A stretch of 64,000 bases of DNA from Cyanophora paradoxa CCMP329 (lineage: Eukaryota; Plantae; Glaucophyta): the NCBI GenBank assembly GCA_004431415.1, contig QPMI01000622.1, positions 75,417-139,416 on the forward strand, written 5' to 3'. The notes beneath the pieces were generated by a model. That model had not been told where the DNA came from, made no database searches, and worked only from the letters and a program-made list of their open reading frames with translations. Shown here piece after piece: positions 37,881-50,504 of the stretch. A program made the translations under genes and the position numbers. The stretch's first letter is position 1. Every line of letters begins with the position of its first letter.

Positions 37881-38835
37881 CCGCCGATCGTCATCGCGCG
37901 CCATACATATGGCCATGCAAATGGTGATGCGTCGGTTTTTCCAGGCCACGGTGGTGCCGGGCTTTTCGGTTTCTTCGAAGCTCTCGCTTTCACTTATGTT
38001 CGCAGTTCGGCAGCACACGTATAGGTTGTGAGAGTCCGTGTTGATCGCTCCTGTAGAGCTCCTCTACTCTCTTAGGCGTTCGAGCTCTTCTCGAGCTCAT
38101 GATCATTAATTTGACGATGCTTAGCTTAAGCTTAACTCAGTAAGTCTGAGGTTGATTTGAGAGCGAGCTCTGCTCGTTTTAATTCAGCTACGAATACAGT
38201 TGTACATTTTCTCGGAGTAGTTTTGGGTGGTATCTATATCTCAGTTTGCAATCGGCGGTGCACTGGGAACAGGCCCTGAGGGAATACGAACACACTGTGA
38301 CAGGGGATTACGTGTCAGTGTGCAGGCCTAGGTGGAAGGGAACATGCCTTTGTAAAGCCTTGAAGCTTGAAGCAGGACGTCGACGCGTACGTAGACTTGA
38401 TCGTGATTCAGCTATATATATATGAGGGCGTCGACCTGGAATCCGCGAACCGCCAGCTCTCGAGCTTTATGAATCCATTGTTAACCCTCGGAGGTTTGCG
38501 TGAGACACGCATCACGGAGATTTGAGTGTTATATTGCGATCTCGTACACCCGACACTAACAGGGGGGGGGCTAGCACTAACCTATGCGGGGAGCAACAGT
38601 CAGCGTACCCCTCGCGCCTCGCGAACACCAACAAGCACAGCTGCTAACAGACTGCCTTACCCCTCTGGGGCCCCGTGGGGGCTGACTCCACTGGGGTGCT
38701 AACTAAGTGCTGTACCCCTCTCGGTCGGGCCAGCTTCTGATTCGGCCCAACATTTTCTGAGCCTAGGGCAAAGTGAGCTTAGCTTGAAGCAGCACTTCAA
38801 GTGCGGCAGCGCTAGCCAGCGGCATCATTTGCAAT

Positions 38836-39438
38836 ATGTCTGAATCATTTGATTGGGGTGCAGCTTTTATCTTCGCCCTTCTCCCAAACGGGGGCTACAC
38901 GAGCTTCACAGTAGACAAGCGACGGGCACCAGCGCTCTGGATGTACCAATGGCGAGTAGCCTCTGCGGATGGACAGAGCTGGCCGTACACAGTATCGCCA
39001 GACGGGAATGTGGCCTATGCTCATCATTTTCTATTTGGGTACCCCCTCGGCCTGCCCAACGACGACTGGCGCGTCGACAGCATCAGCGGGTGCAAGCTGG
39101 ACTTGCGCAGGGAGAATCTACGGCTCATGGACTGTGGAGGTCGGCTTGGGGCGGTTCCTGTGGCAGGCGACAAGCTTCCAAGCAACAAAGGCAAGTGTCT
39201 GACAAAGAGGAGGAAGCGAGCCTACGAACAGAGCCAAGTCCAAGCAATGATTGACGAGCTGTCTGCAGAATCAAAGGAAAGCCGCTACTGGCGCGTCTCT
39301 TTTCGCCCAGGCCAACCGGCAGTGATAGAGTACGGCCTTGCCGCTCATGATGCGATAGCAAAGGCGCACAAGATAGCTGAAGCGAAGGATGTGCACTCTG
39401 CAAGTCGCCCAGCTGTACATGTTGTGTCCACCTCGTGA
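38836..39438 (+). CDS. HNH endonuclease-like protein (HNH_3 type, degenerate active site)
   Basis: AYAHHFLFG..WRVDSISGCKLDLRRENLRL resembles xxHrlv..vdHingdklDNrxxNLr, with the His and Asn substituted. Confidence 0.6.
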   Translation: MSESFDWGAAFIFALLPNGGYTSFTVDKRRAPALWMYQWRVASADGQSWPYTVSPDGNVAYAHHFLFGYPLGLPNDDWRVDSISGCKLDLRRENLRLMDCGGRLGAVPVAGDKLPSNKGKCLTKRRKRAYEQSQVQAMIDELSAESKESRYWRVSFRPGQPAVIEYGLAAHDAIAKAHKIAEAKDVHSASRPAVHVVSTS

Positions 39439-39556
39439 AAAGTTCTAATAGAAGTTTCCAAGAGGTGGTCACATCCCGCAAGTCTGCAGAGCTCGAGCTC
39501 TTGCCTGTACCCCGGCCCTCTAGATGCCATGATATTGAGTACCCCCTAGCAGGGCT

Positions 39557-42500
39557 GTGATCACCCAACCCCTCCTGCCCGCCAGGCCGTCGGTTGTGCT
39601 GCACTCGACTTTTTCTGAAGCACTCATGCATATCAACTGCGAAATCAAAACGAACATTATGCACGTCAACTTGCTAGACGAGCTGCCCTTCGCCGAGGAG
39701 GCAGATCTAGATGCCGAGGAAGAGGATCTCTTTGCATGCTTCCCGTTCGTCTCGGTCTCCAAGGCCTGGTCGCCTGCGATGGGGGTAGTCTACGCTCTAA
39801 GCAACGCCCCGGGCGTGAATCCTTGCCAGGTTGCGCCCGGCGAGTCGGCTTGCGATGCCGCGAAGGCTGTCGTGGGCCGGACGGGGGGCGTCAGCTTCTC
39901 CCGCGAGCTGGAGGATGGACAGAGCGTGCACTTCGTTCTGCAGGGCGCCGAGGCCTCCACCATCTTCTCTTGGCTCTTCGGCGGCCTCGCGCCTGGGTCG
40001 GAGCTCCGCCTCTGCATCGAGCCTGACGGGGGGGTAAGCCTGCGCCGAGCTAAAGGGGCTCCCGCTGTGGGCCTGCCTGCGAACTTCTTGGAAGATCTGC
40101 CCGCGGACTTCTTTGACGACTTGCCCGAAGAAGGGACGGAGGCGGCGGGCCAGCGGAGAGGGACCGATGGAGGGACAGAGGAACAAGGCGCCGGTGAGAG
40201 GGGTACAGAGCAGGCCGCTGGGGTACAGGTCGCTGGAGACCAGGCGGCCGGCGAGATCCTAGAGCGGGCCCTCGCTCTCCTGCGGGGCAGCACATCGGTT
40301 CGGGGCGAGCTGGAGAGGGCAGGGGATGAGCTCGGAGTGCACCTGCGCCTGGAGCCGTCGAGGGTGCTGCAGGCGCGGACGGAGCCCGACGGGTCGCTGG
40401 CCTTCGAGCTCGAGGTGGAGGCGCGTCCGAACTCCCGCCTGGAGCTCCAGATCTGGAACTTCAGCCTGCAGGCGAGGCTCTCAGATGGAGGAGGCGGCGC
40501 CAAGACGAAAGCCTACGCAACGGACCTTCGGCGCGGCATCTCCCTCGACACCGCCCTTCCGTCCCTCCTCCTTGCCCTGCGATCCGTCGGCCATGCCCCA
40601 TTTGCGGTGAGAGAGGTGGACGAGCGGTACCTGAGCCCGAGCTGCTGGAGTCGACCTTTGGCGAGCTGAGGCCCGATCCCGGGGCGCTCCGTCGGATCGA
40701 CGTCATCTGCAGCGGGCTCAACACGGGAAGACGAAGGCGCTGATTGAAGCCTATGTACGGCCGGCGCTCGAGTTGAAGCGCAAAATCCTCGTGCTCACCT
40801 GCCGTCGGGCCTTCTCTCGCGACCTCAAGCGCCGCCTTGACGAAGCCTCCCTCCCCTCGGTCGCCGTGCTCTACTCGGACGTCTGGCGCCCCAAGGACCC
40901 CCAGAGCGCTCACGGGACGTGGGGCTTCCGCGATCCGAGGATCCAGGTCGTCATCTGCACGATCGATTCGGCTCACAAGGTGCAGGACGACTGGCAGGGG
41001 CTCGAGGACCTGGGCGAGGGCGGCGGCGGGGGCCTCCTGGTCGTGCTCGACGAGCTCTCCTCCCTCATGCGGCACTTCACCTTGAGCTCGACCTTGGAGC
41101 CCGTGGCCGGCGGGCTTGGGGCGCGGAGCCTCCCCCGCAACCTGCGTTGCGCCCGTCTCTGGCGGGGAATCGAGGGCGCACAGGAAATCGTCGCGCTGGA
41201 CGGCTACGTGAGGCCCACGGACCTTGCTTTCCTCGGCAAGTCGGCGGCGTCCACAGGGGCTCGGCTCGCCCTCCTCTTCAACCACCGGCGGACCTGCGAC
41301 TGGCGGATACGCCTGTCCGACAGCCCCACCGCCGTCGAGCGTGACCTGATGTCAAGGTGCCGCCCCGGCGGCCTGCGCGCCATGATCATCGTCGAGACGA
41401 CAGGCCGGGCGCAGGCATTGGCAAGCGCACTTAAGAAGCAGGCCACCGAGATCTTGGAGCGAGACCCAGCCTGCGCCCCCGGGCCCTTCACAATCGGAAT
41501 CGTCATAGGGCAGGCAAAAGACAAACAGTTTGATTACAGCGACGACGGCAGGGCCCGCGTGAAGAAGCTCGATCTGGCCGAGGAGGGCGGCTACAAGACC
41601 TGCGACGCAGTCATTGCGACGTCGGCCTTGGGGGCGGGCGTGGACTTCTCGGATGCGCACTTCGACAAGATCTACGGAATCTTCGACGCCAAGATGCCCC
41701 TACTGGAGGCCGACGACATCGTACAGCTGCTGTTCCGTGTGAGGCGGCTGCGGGGCCAGGGCGAAGGCACAGGGGTGAAGGGGGGCGAGCACCTGCTGCT
41801 GTCCGTTCGGCGGTGCAGCGTGACGCCCGTTCGCGCCTCGGATGCTGCACGACACTGGCGCGAGTCAGGCGGCGGCCCCGGCGGCCGCGGCCACCCCACC
41901 GAGGCGCCCGCAGTGGAGACGTACCTGGATCTGAAAGCCGAGCACAACGGAGACAGGCGCGCCTCCATGCCCTCCAGGCACCTGAGCGTCGCCGCCCGGC
42001 TCCGCCAGCTCTCCGTCGGCCCGTCCGAGAACCTGTGGACCACGGCGGATCAGGGCAAGCCCTCGGCAAGGAAAGAGCAAGAGCGACAGAAAATGGAGAT
42101 CGACTGGGTGCACAAGGCCGCACTGATGGACGTGCCGCAGATCTTGGCCCTTGCCGAGTCCTGGGATGGCTCACTCGAGGCACGGCGTTCGAGACCGTCC
42201 TCTCCCTGGCGAGGCAGTCAATCGCGGATTTCATGGTGCTGGACCCTGCGACGCTCACCGCGGGGGACGTCGAGTGGATGTGGGAGTCGCGCTACTCTCT
42301 TGGCCTCAAGGCGAAGGCGAGCCTGGTGCTCCTGGACGGTCACAGCATCGAAGGAATCGAGCCGTCGAGCGACCGGCTTTACCTCTCGAAGCTCGTGGCC
42401 GTATTCAGGGCGATTGGCTGGACGGGCGAGGGCGACCGAGCAAAGGACGTCCTGTGGGTCGATGAGCTGTGTCGCGGGCTGACGTCAGAGCAAGGCCGAG

Positions 42501-42898
42501 CGGCTTACCGCGAGCTGCAGAGTGTGGACCCGAAGTGCCCGCGCTTCGATCCCGCCAAGTACAAGTCGGTAAAGGCCATCGCAATGCAGGCCCGGCGAGT
42601 TGCAAGGTACCTGTTCGAGACATGCAGGGGCGTCAGGAAGATCTCAAGCGTGCGTGATGGAGGAGCTATGCAGAACAGAAAGCGCAAGTACCTTGCATGC
42701 GTGGAGGATACGATGAGCGATGTGCTGGGCAGGCAGGCGGGCTCAGCGGCGCAAACGTCAGTCCTTCACTATGCAGACGCGTACCGGGTTTTCGTGAAGT
42801 GCTACGATCTCGTGCGCCTGCGCTCGGAGGTGGCACTTGGCTCGGAGGTGGCACTTGCTGGCACAGTTAGAACGAGCGCAATGGAGGTAGGCAAGTGA
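39557..42898 (+). pseudogene. Origin-binding-protein (herpes UL9-like) SF2 helicase, frameshifted
   Basis: Walker A SGLNTGKT across a frameshift at ~40727, ILVLTCRRAF, VVICTIDSAHKV, LVVLDELSS, IVALDG, DAVIATSALGAGVDFSDAHFDKIYG and QLLFRVRRL. Further frameshifts near 40660 and 42170. Confidence 0.75.
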
Positions 42899-43047
42899 TT
42901 AGTGTTCGAGAAACGGTCCAATGTGTACATCTGACAATTAAGACAAGTGAGAACATCTGAACATCTAAACATTTGCTCTGCGAGTGTGCTGCATTCTGTT
43001 ACATCTGCACCGTAAGTTACAAGGCGATACAACGAAATTTGCTTGAC

Positions 43048-45963
43048 CTAGGCCGTCGGGATCTTGGCGCCAAAAGCCCGCCAAACGCGCCCTGTGTTCC
43101 CGCCCCGCTTCCACCAGACAATGCCCGCTGCCTCGTAGGCGCCCTTGATCGCCGTGACGTGGAGTTGAGCACGTACTTCTTTGCGCGGCGTCGATATCTT
43201 ATCATTGAAGTAGTTGAACGTACGCAGGTACTGCTTGAAGTGCTCCTGGAGAGCGGGCTGATCTGCCGTGTCACTCGGCTGCCCTGTGGCACGGTGCGGA
43301 TCCACTGCGGGCAATTGCAGAACGTTGGAACGTGAACACAGAATGAGCAAAGGCTAAGAACAGCACCTGACTCCAGCAGTGCTCAATCGATGTGACAGTG
43401 CTGTTGCGCTCACTCGCCTGCTGCTGCGTGCTGAGGATCTCGCTGCGACGAAGTGCGATCTCGGGGCAGTAAATGATGGAGGCCGACGACAAGGGATCGT
43501 AGAGCTTCTGGAGGCCGCCACCGTCAATGAAAGTGAGAAGGACGTGACGGCAGCGATCATCTTGGCAAGCGCTACACCCAGGTTGTAGGGCTGCAGGCAG
43601 CTCTCCTTGAAGTTGGTTACGGCTTCGACCTGCGGCCAAGATCTAGATTAGAACACAGAGATCGAAAGATCGGAATCACCGGCTTGTTGAAGGGAAGGTA
43701 CAGAAGTCGGCGGCTCATATCGCCCCCGTAGTCCTTGTACAGGTGCTGAGCAGCAAAAACGTGAGCTCAAAGCTCACTCAAGATGCCCGTGACGGAAGCA
43801 CACCTGAGAGAGGCCCGTGGGGTTGCCAGCCGTCCAGACAACGGCCCGCAGGCGGCCTTGAGCGGGGGCTTGTTCTTTGCCTCGATGCTGACTGGATCGT
43901 GTCCGCTAATCGTCTTGATCTTTGACTGCAGCGACTGGCAGGGCAAGAGGGTGAGCTGAAGAATAATCATTGACTCTGGCGAACGGACCTTGAGCTGCGT
44001 GGAGTTGCCGACCTCGTGAATGAAGAGGGCAGAGACAGGCTCGTGGCAGTCGTAGATGCAAGAAAGCATGAACTGCGGCGAGGAGTCCTTCGATGGGGTC
44101 TCGCAGGTGATGAGCTTCTCGACGACTGCCTGCAGTGTGCTCTTGCCGGTGTTGCCGAGCCCCTCGAGGTGCACAATCTTTGAAGGCGCCAAACGTTAGA
44201 GAGCTGAATGGGAGGTCGAATAGAGATGAAGTTGAATAGAGCGCAAAGCGCAGGATGTCAGCGCACCGCATCCTGCTCGGGATCACTGGCAATGCCGATG
44301 CCACACACGCCGTAGAAGAGCACATCATTGATCCCTTGATCTCGGCAGATCTTGTCCAGCGGGCAGTGCGCGGCACAAGCTGTTGTAGTCGCACTGACGG
44401 CCCGTTGCGTCCGCCAAGCAGTTGGGAAAGTAACTGCCCGGGCCGCGCGCGCCTTAGAGAGAAGAGATAAAGGGAAGAGCAGGACAGCGATGCAACAGCG
44501 TCACCGATAGCCATAGGAGAACGACTCGGGTTCTCCCACGTGGACGGAATCTCCTTGACAGAGGGAGGGTTGCGCCGTTGTAGCGGTATAGCACTCCGGG
44601 GTCGCGGATGTTCACTGCGACGTCGTCGAAGCTGACAATGAGATCGGTGGTCTTGACCTGCTTAACCCAAGCGGGGTCATGCAGGATGGAGGCGACGATC
44701 TTGTCGAGCAGCTCGGCGCGGCTGGAAGCAAACACGTCTGACTTGCTGCGGCTGGATGACATGATGCGGGGCCGCTTGGGCTCCTGCTCGCGTGCGTCTT
44801 CATCCTCCTTGATGGCGAATGCAATCCGGTCGAGAATACGGTTGGCGTACGCTCGGACCGTTGCGTGGCCCTTGAGGCCGTTAAAGGGCGTGTAGCTGTA
44901 CGTCGGGCGCCGATCGGATGTGAAAGCAAGTTGCTGGGCGAAAGGAGGGAGCTCGCAGTCAGATGGTATCAAGGAGAACCAGTGGATTGCAATGAGATCT
45001 AGAGCTCACCAACAGCTCGCCCCGGCGGGGGTCAAATGCCATGAACTCGTCGTCCAACTGCTGACGCACTGCTGCCAGGACGCCAGTCTCGATGGACCCA
45101 GCAAGAAGGGCATCCTTGGCCTCCGGTGAAAGTGGCTCGAGGGCGGGGCCTCTGCAATCTTTGAGACTGCACCCTAGGAGAAGGAGACGAAAATCAGTCG
45201 CGAGTGGGTGCAAGTCCAGAGCGGCCGCTTTAGAAGACTGGATGAGAGAAGGAGGCGCGACCTGGGACGAGGTGCCCAGCAAGACTGCGGGGTCGAGGCG
45301 TGCAGCCCAGTCCATCAGTGCGTGCTCACAGGCCTCCTTGGGCAGACATCTTCGATGCGATACTTCAAAGTCACCCCGTTGGGCTTGGCGGCGAGGAGGA
45401 GAGTGAAGCGCTTCGGCTGGCGGTAGCTGAATCCACGCTGATGACGACTTCGTAGAGCGCTCATTCTCATCTGCGGCACAGGTGCCAGTGAGATTGAGAG
45501 CAAGTTCACGGAAGGAATAATCTAGATAGAGACGAGAAAGACAAAGCTGCGCGCATACCAAGTACATCCATGGTCGTCTTGAACTTGAACATTGAGATGC
45601 CATGGTCGCCTGGGGCGGCGGACACACTGCCCCTAGTGGACTCGATGGCATGCAAGCGGACGGGCCCGAGGCGAAGTCGCAGGTGCTGTTCGGACGCGAG
45701 AGGTGCATCGTGAGGACCTTCTCCGTCAGGGCGACCGCCTGCTTCAGGCCGTTCACGGCGTACAAGGGCTCCCAAGCCTGCGCACGGGCCAGAAGTGAGC
45801 CGCCGGCGCATGAATGAAAAGAAGGGAAAAGGGAGAGAAAGAGGGGAAAGCGATCGCGCAGTCTGAAAGTGCGCACGGGCTTGTCTGAATCCGGCTCATT
45901 CGCTGCAGGGGCCGCGGGCTTCCCTGGCAGCGAGGGCTCCGAAGGCGACGGGGACGAGTTCAT
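43048..45963 (-). pseudogene. D5-like SF3 helicase (primase-helicase family) gene, fragmented by frameshifts
   Basis: Walker A VHLEGLGNTGKSTL (~44130-44175), LFIHE (Walker B), KIKTISGHDPVSIEAKNKP, GDMSRRLLYLPF (Arg finger, ~43690-43725). Confidence 0.7.
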
Positions 45964-46793
45964 GGCGGGCGACGAGGTCGGGCGCAGCGTCGCCGAGCTC
46001 GGGCCTTCAGCGTCGTTGAGATGCCTTCGAGATGGAGTGAGCGTCGCCGAGCCCGGCGTTCTGCTGCACGGATCCGGGCCCCGTGAGCAGCGGGCGCTGG
46101 GCGGGATTGCAGCATGGGTGCGCACTTCGACTCGGAAGTAGCGGAGACGGGAGAGACGCGAACGAATGCACTGCGCGCGTGATGCTCCATGCGATCGGCC
46201 TCGCTGCGCACACAGCAGGTGAGCATGGAGCTGGCGCTTGGGCTGTGGTTGCGAGAAAGCGAGGCAAATCCCGCGCCCCGGCGGACCAGCGACTCGTATG
46301 CACCTTCTTAGTCGACAGAGATGCAAAGCGGATGGCGCGCTCGCAGCCTGGATCGTCTGGGCTCCCCGGCAACCTGCGCCCCGCCGAATTCAAAATCCCG
46401 CGACAAGGGTGAGCGGGCGCAGCGCAGGTCGGCTTCAAATGCTTCTAGGATGAGGCTCTGAGGTCGCAGGACCGGCGTGCACCTCTGCGAGGCGGAGAGA
46501 AGCGAAGGTCAGTGCGCGACTTGCCCTCGAACTTCACGGCGGGCGGCGGGCGACTCTGCGGCGGCACAGTGCGATCGCCGGTCAACAGAGCTTTCCGTAG
46601 CAACTTTCCGGGCTTCGGGAGCCCACCGTGGCGCGAAATGGCGGTCCGCGGTCCGGAGCACCCCAAGGACGGCGGCGGCGCGACCGGCGAGGATGCCGAC
46701 GAGCTCAGAGCTACCTGCTCTATCGCCTGCTGTGCCGGAGCGACGGCGGGCTCGCTAGTTCAAGAGCAGCTCGAAGCTAAGGGGGAAGACTGT

Positions 46794-47070
46794 GGAGGGG
46801 GGTACGTGTTATGTCCAAATGTCCAAGTGTCCAAGTGTCCAAGTGTCCAGATGTCCAAGGCCAAGGCCTAGGCCTACGATGAGCTAGCGCTAGCTATAGA
46901 TAGCGGGGTACATGTTATGTCCAAATGTCCAAATGTCCAAGTGTCCAGATGTCCAGATGTCCAAGGCCAAGGCCTAGGCCTACGATGAGCTAGCGCTAGC
47001 TATAGATAGCGGGGTACATGTTATGTCCAAATGTCCAAATGTCCAAATGTCCAAATGTCCAGATGTCCAG
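46794..47070 (+). repeat. Three blocks with 106-bp period, each GGGGTAC.TGTT plus six 8-bp (A/G)TGTCCA(A/G) units
   Basis: Directly visible; a fourth block lies at 51288-51344. Confidence 0.9.
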
Positions 47071-47089
47071 AGACTTTGACTTGAGCTCT

Positions 47090-47092
<3 letters not shown>

Positions 47093-47184
<92 letters not shown>
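47093..47184. repeat. (TC)n microsatellite
   Basis: Uninterrupted TC run of ~92 nt. Confidence 0.97.
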
Positions 47185-47187
<3 letters not shown>

Positions 47188-49479
47188 CACATGCACATGC
47201 ACCTTAAGAAAAGGAGGTGCTCTTGGTACCTGGTATCTGAGATTTGCCTCTTTTCCTTGAGGTGGTCACAAGGATCTTGTGTACACCTCATGAAAAGTTC
47301 TATTAGAAGTTTCCAAGAGGTGGTCACATCCTGCCAACCTACTACGCCTGGAAGATCATCCACGCGCTCGCGACGGCGAGGCGCGTGCATCCAGCCTTCG
47401 AGCCGGTGTGGCTGCGGGAGAAGCGCCTGGCCTTCTGGCAGGAGACGGCCTCCTGCCCCTCACCCGCTTCATCATCACCCACTGCGTCGTCGACCCCACC
47501 ACCTACCTCGTCGCTCGAGACGGAGGGCGCATGACGAGCGTGGCGGGCATCTGCGAGTACATCTCGCGCACGGAGGGCCCCGACGCCTCCGCCGCCGTCG
47601 CCGCCGACTCGAGAACGGCGGCTGGACGAGACCATCGCCGCCTTCGGCCCCAGTGCCGCCTCTTCTCCTACAAGCCGGCGGCGTCTGGAGACCTACATCC
47701 GCGGCATCGTCCCCAAGGCCCCCTCTCCCTCGGCGCGAGCCAGCCGGCGCTGCAGGCCATCCAGTTCTTCGAGCCGGCGGACCCGGAGACGGCCCTTCCC
47801 GTCAAGCCTCGAACAGGGCAGGGCAAGCGCGCCCGCAACTCGGCCCCGCCTTCGTCCCGCCCCGCCCCGTCGTCGCCCCCGCCGCCCAGCAGCACGCCGG
47901 CCAGCAGCGCATCGACGAGATGCTGCCGCGCCAGGTCCGGCCCCGCACCCGCGCCCTCCCGTACCCCCCTTCCCCCGCCCCCTCCTGACCTCGGCCAGGG
48001 CGAGGCGCTCCCCCGCGGCAGCTTCCGCAGCAGCCCGTGACGGCGGCGCGGCCCAGCGGCTACGGCAGCTCGGCTCGCGCTCGCCTCGGCTCGCGCGCGC
48101 TCGCCTCGGCCGCCTCCAGCAGCGCCGGCCCAGCCCGTCCCTTCTCCTCGCGACCGCAGCCCGTCCCGCGCTTCGCCGCGCCGTCCCGCCCGGCGCCGTC
48201 CTCTCCGCGATCCAGGGCTTCGGGGCCCAGCAGGAGGCCGAGCGGCAGGCGCTGGCGGCGCGCCAGGCGCGCGAGGCGGAGGAGCGGCGCCAGGCCCTCT
48301 GGGCCCAGCGCCTCCAGCGCACCCTCGCCTTCCGCGCCGAGCTGGAGGCGGGATTCCGCGCCCGCCAGATCTCCGGTGCGGAGGCCTCGGAGACTTGGCG
48401 GGCGTTCGAGGCGGAGACGGCGGGGCTGGCGAAGACCCTCGCCCAGCCTACCGGCGCGTGGCCGTCCGCAGTCCTACGCGCGGCGGGCGACGCTGGAGGC
48501 CTCGCGGGCGGAGATCGACGCGGCGGAGGAGCAGGCGGAGCGCGAGGAGGCCGAGGACAACGCGCGCTTCCGGCACCTCCACCACTGAGGCCTCGAGGCG
48601 GTATTTTTTCTCAACCCCTTCCAATTCGGTCTCGCGATGGCCTCGCTGACAGCTATCCCCGCATTACTCGCTAGGAGCCCTCGCCGCGACCCTCACCTGG
48701 CTCCTCGGCGGCACGCCCACGGCCTCGGCCGTCATCGGCGTGGGCTTCGGCTACGCCGCCAAGACCCTCTACGCCCCCGGCTCCGTCTCGATGGCGACGG
48801 CCGGCATGCGCCCCGCCGGGCGTTAACTCTCCTTTCAAAGTTCCATTCCCCCTTTCCCTTTTCAAAGTTGCGACGTCCTTTGAGTCGTTGGCATTTAAAT
48901 TTTCTTCATCGTCTGTACACGTCTAACATGCCCAACGCCGTAGAGAAGCTGTTGTGTACGGTGTTCAAATCGGACTCGCGCTGCAGCAAGATCGGCGAGG
49001 CTGCCAAGGGCGGGGCGGGCGAAGGCCGGCGGCGGGCGGAGGGGCCTAAGATAAGGGCGCGGACCCGGCGCCGCCGGCGCTAAAGTCGATTAAGGCTGCG
49101 GGCAAGGGCCGCGGCGTCGGGCCCTGCCCCTCGTGGCGATCGCCCGGGCCAGCGCGAGGCGGCGCACGCGGCGACGGCGGCGCTGGCCTCGCAGCAGCAG
49201 AGGGAGGGGCGCCGCGCCTGAGCGCCGGCCTCTGGTCGCAGCCTGCGCCGCGCGCGAGTACGGCGTCAGCGCTTACTTCGACGGCGCGAACGAGCTGAGC
49301 CGCCAGGAGATCTGGGCCTGGAGGCGCGGCGCGCGGTCGACGGGCACCTGCCGTTGCTCGTGGCGCTCGGCGGCTCGCTCCTCATGGTCTGGTACCTGCG
49401 CGGCTTCGCGATTTAGATAGATTTTCGAAGCGCTAGCTAGTAGAGATGAGCTGGCTCGACGCGCTGCTCACCAAGACCT

Positions 49480-49770
49480 TTGGCCAAGGGCGCGCCGCGG
49501 CTGCAGTTCGGTGAGCTCAACGCCGCGATCGGCGCCACAGTCGAGATGAAGAACCGCGAGAACGTGCTGCGCGGCGACGGAGGCGCGTGGGCGGACATTG
49601 CGGCGGGCGCGCTGGGCTCCGCACTCACCGCACCGGGCAAGGCGGGCCGCGCGCTCACGGACGTGGCCGAGCGCTTCTGGCACTGGCTCAAGGTTGCCGT
49701 GGTCATCGCCGCAGCGGTTGTGGCGGGTCTCCTGGTGCTCGAGGCTCGCGCGCTATTTTCTAAACGCTAG
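49480..49770 (+). CDS. Small viral membrane protein (true start probably ATG 49446 with a frameshift)
   Basis: C-terminal TM helix WLKVAVVIAAAVVAGLLVL followed by a basic tail. Confidence 0.5.
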   Translation: MAKGAPRLQFGELNAAIGATVEMKNRENVLRGDGGAWADIAAGALGSALTAPGKAGRALTDVAERFWHWLKVAVVIAAAVVAGLLVLEARALFSKR

Positions 49771-50504
49771 GTAAAGCGAGCGAACCATGCCCGCGGCGGC
49801 TCTTCCCCCGTGTCTCCTTCGCTGAGAACGAAGTCGCCGCTACCCCCCTGGAGCCCGGCGTCAAGCTGGAGCGCGCGAACGCAGTCTCCGTCAAGAAGGC
49901 CAAGCGCGCGCTGGTTCTAGAGTCCCAAGACCGCTCGCAGTTCCTTCCACGTCGAGTACGACGGCACGGAAGATACGGAGAAGGTTGCATTCAACAAGCG
50001 CAAGACGTACAAGGCGATACGCGAGGGCCAGCTGCTGCCCACGGACGCGGTTCCCGGGCTGCCGGGCACCACGGCCGGCGAGCTGCTCGTGCGCAACCTG
50101 CGCCTGCAGTACGTCTCCCGCCTCCGCCGCTCCAAGGCCAAGAAGGCGCGCCTGGACTCGGGCGATAGCAGCTCTAGCTCGTAGGGCTCTGTACTCAATA
50201 CTACCAGTTCCTGTTCCTATCCCAGAGCACGACTCGGGTAAGGGCACGGTCATAGCGAACATGAACTCGGCAAACTTGGAGAAGTTCATGAGGGTCCCTA
50301 GGCGCGGGTCCTCCCAGTAGATAGCTTCGCGCAGGACTCGTAGATGCGCATGAGGGAGCGCTCGTTCTCGTCGCGAAGGCGTCGAGGGCTCGTCGGGATC
50401 CGGATCCGAGAGCTCGAGTACTCGTCCGAGCTGCCAGCGCTCTCGACGCCTGCGGCGGGTCGGGCGAGGGTCAGCCATTCTTTGCTGGTAGAAGGGCTAG
50501 AAAA

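Noticed and set aside
1-38000. Long Pro/Arg/Gly/Ala-rich six-frame ORFs (e.g. 10145-12475, 34225-37083)
   Set aside because: Artefacts of very high GC and stop-free introns; the real genes are spliced, often on the other strand.
46996-47260. ER- or SL-repeat proteins
   Set aside because: Translations of the (TC)n microsatellite.
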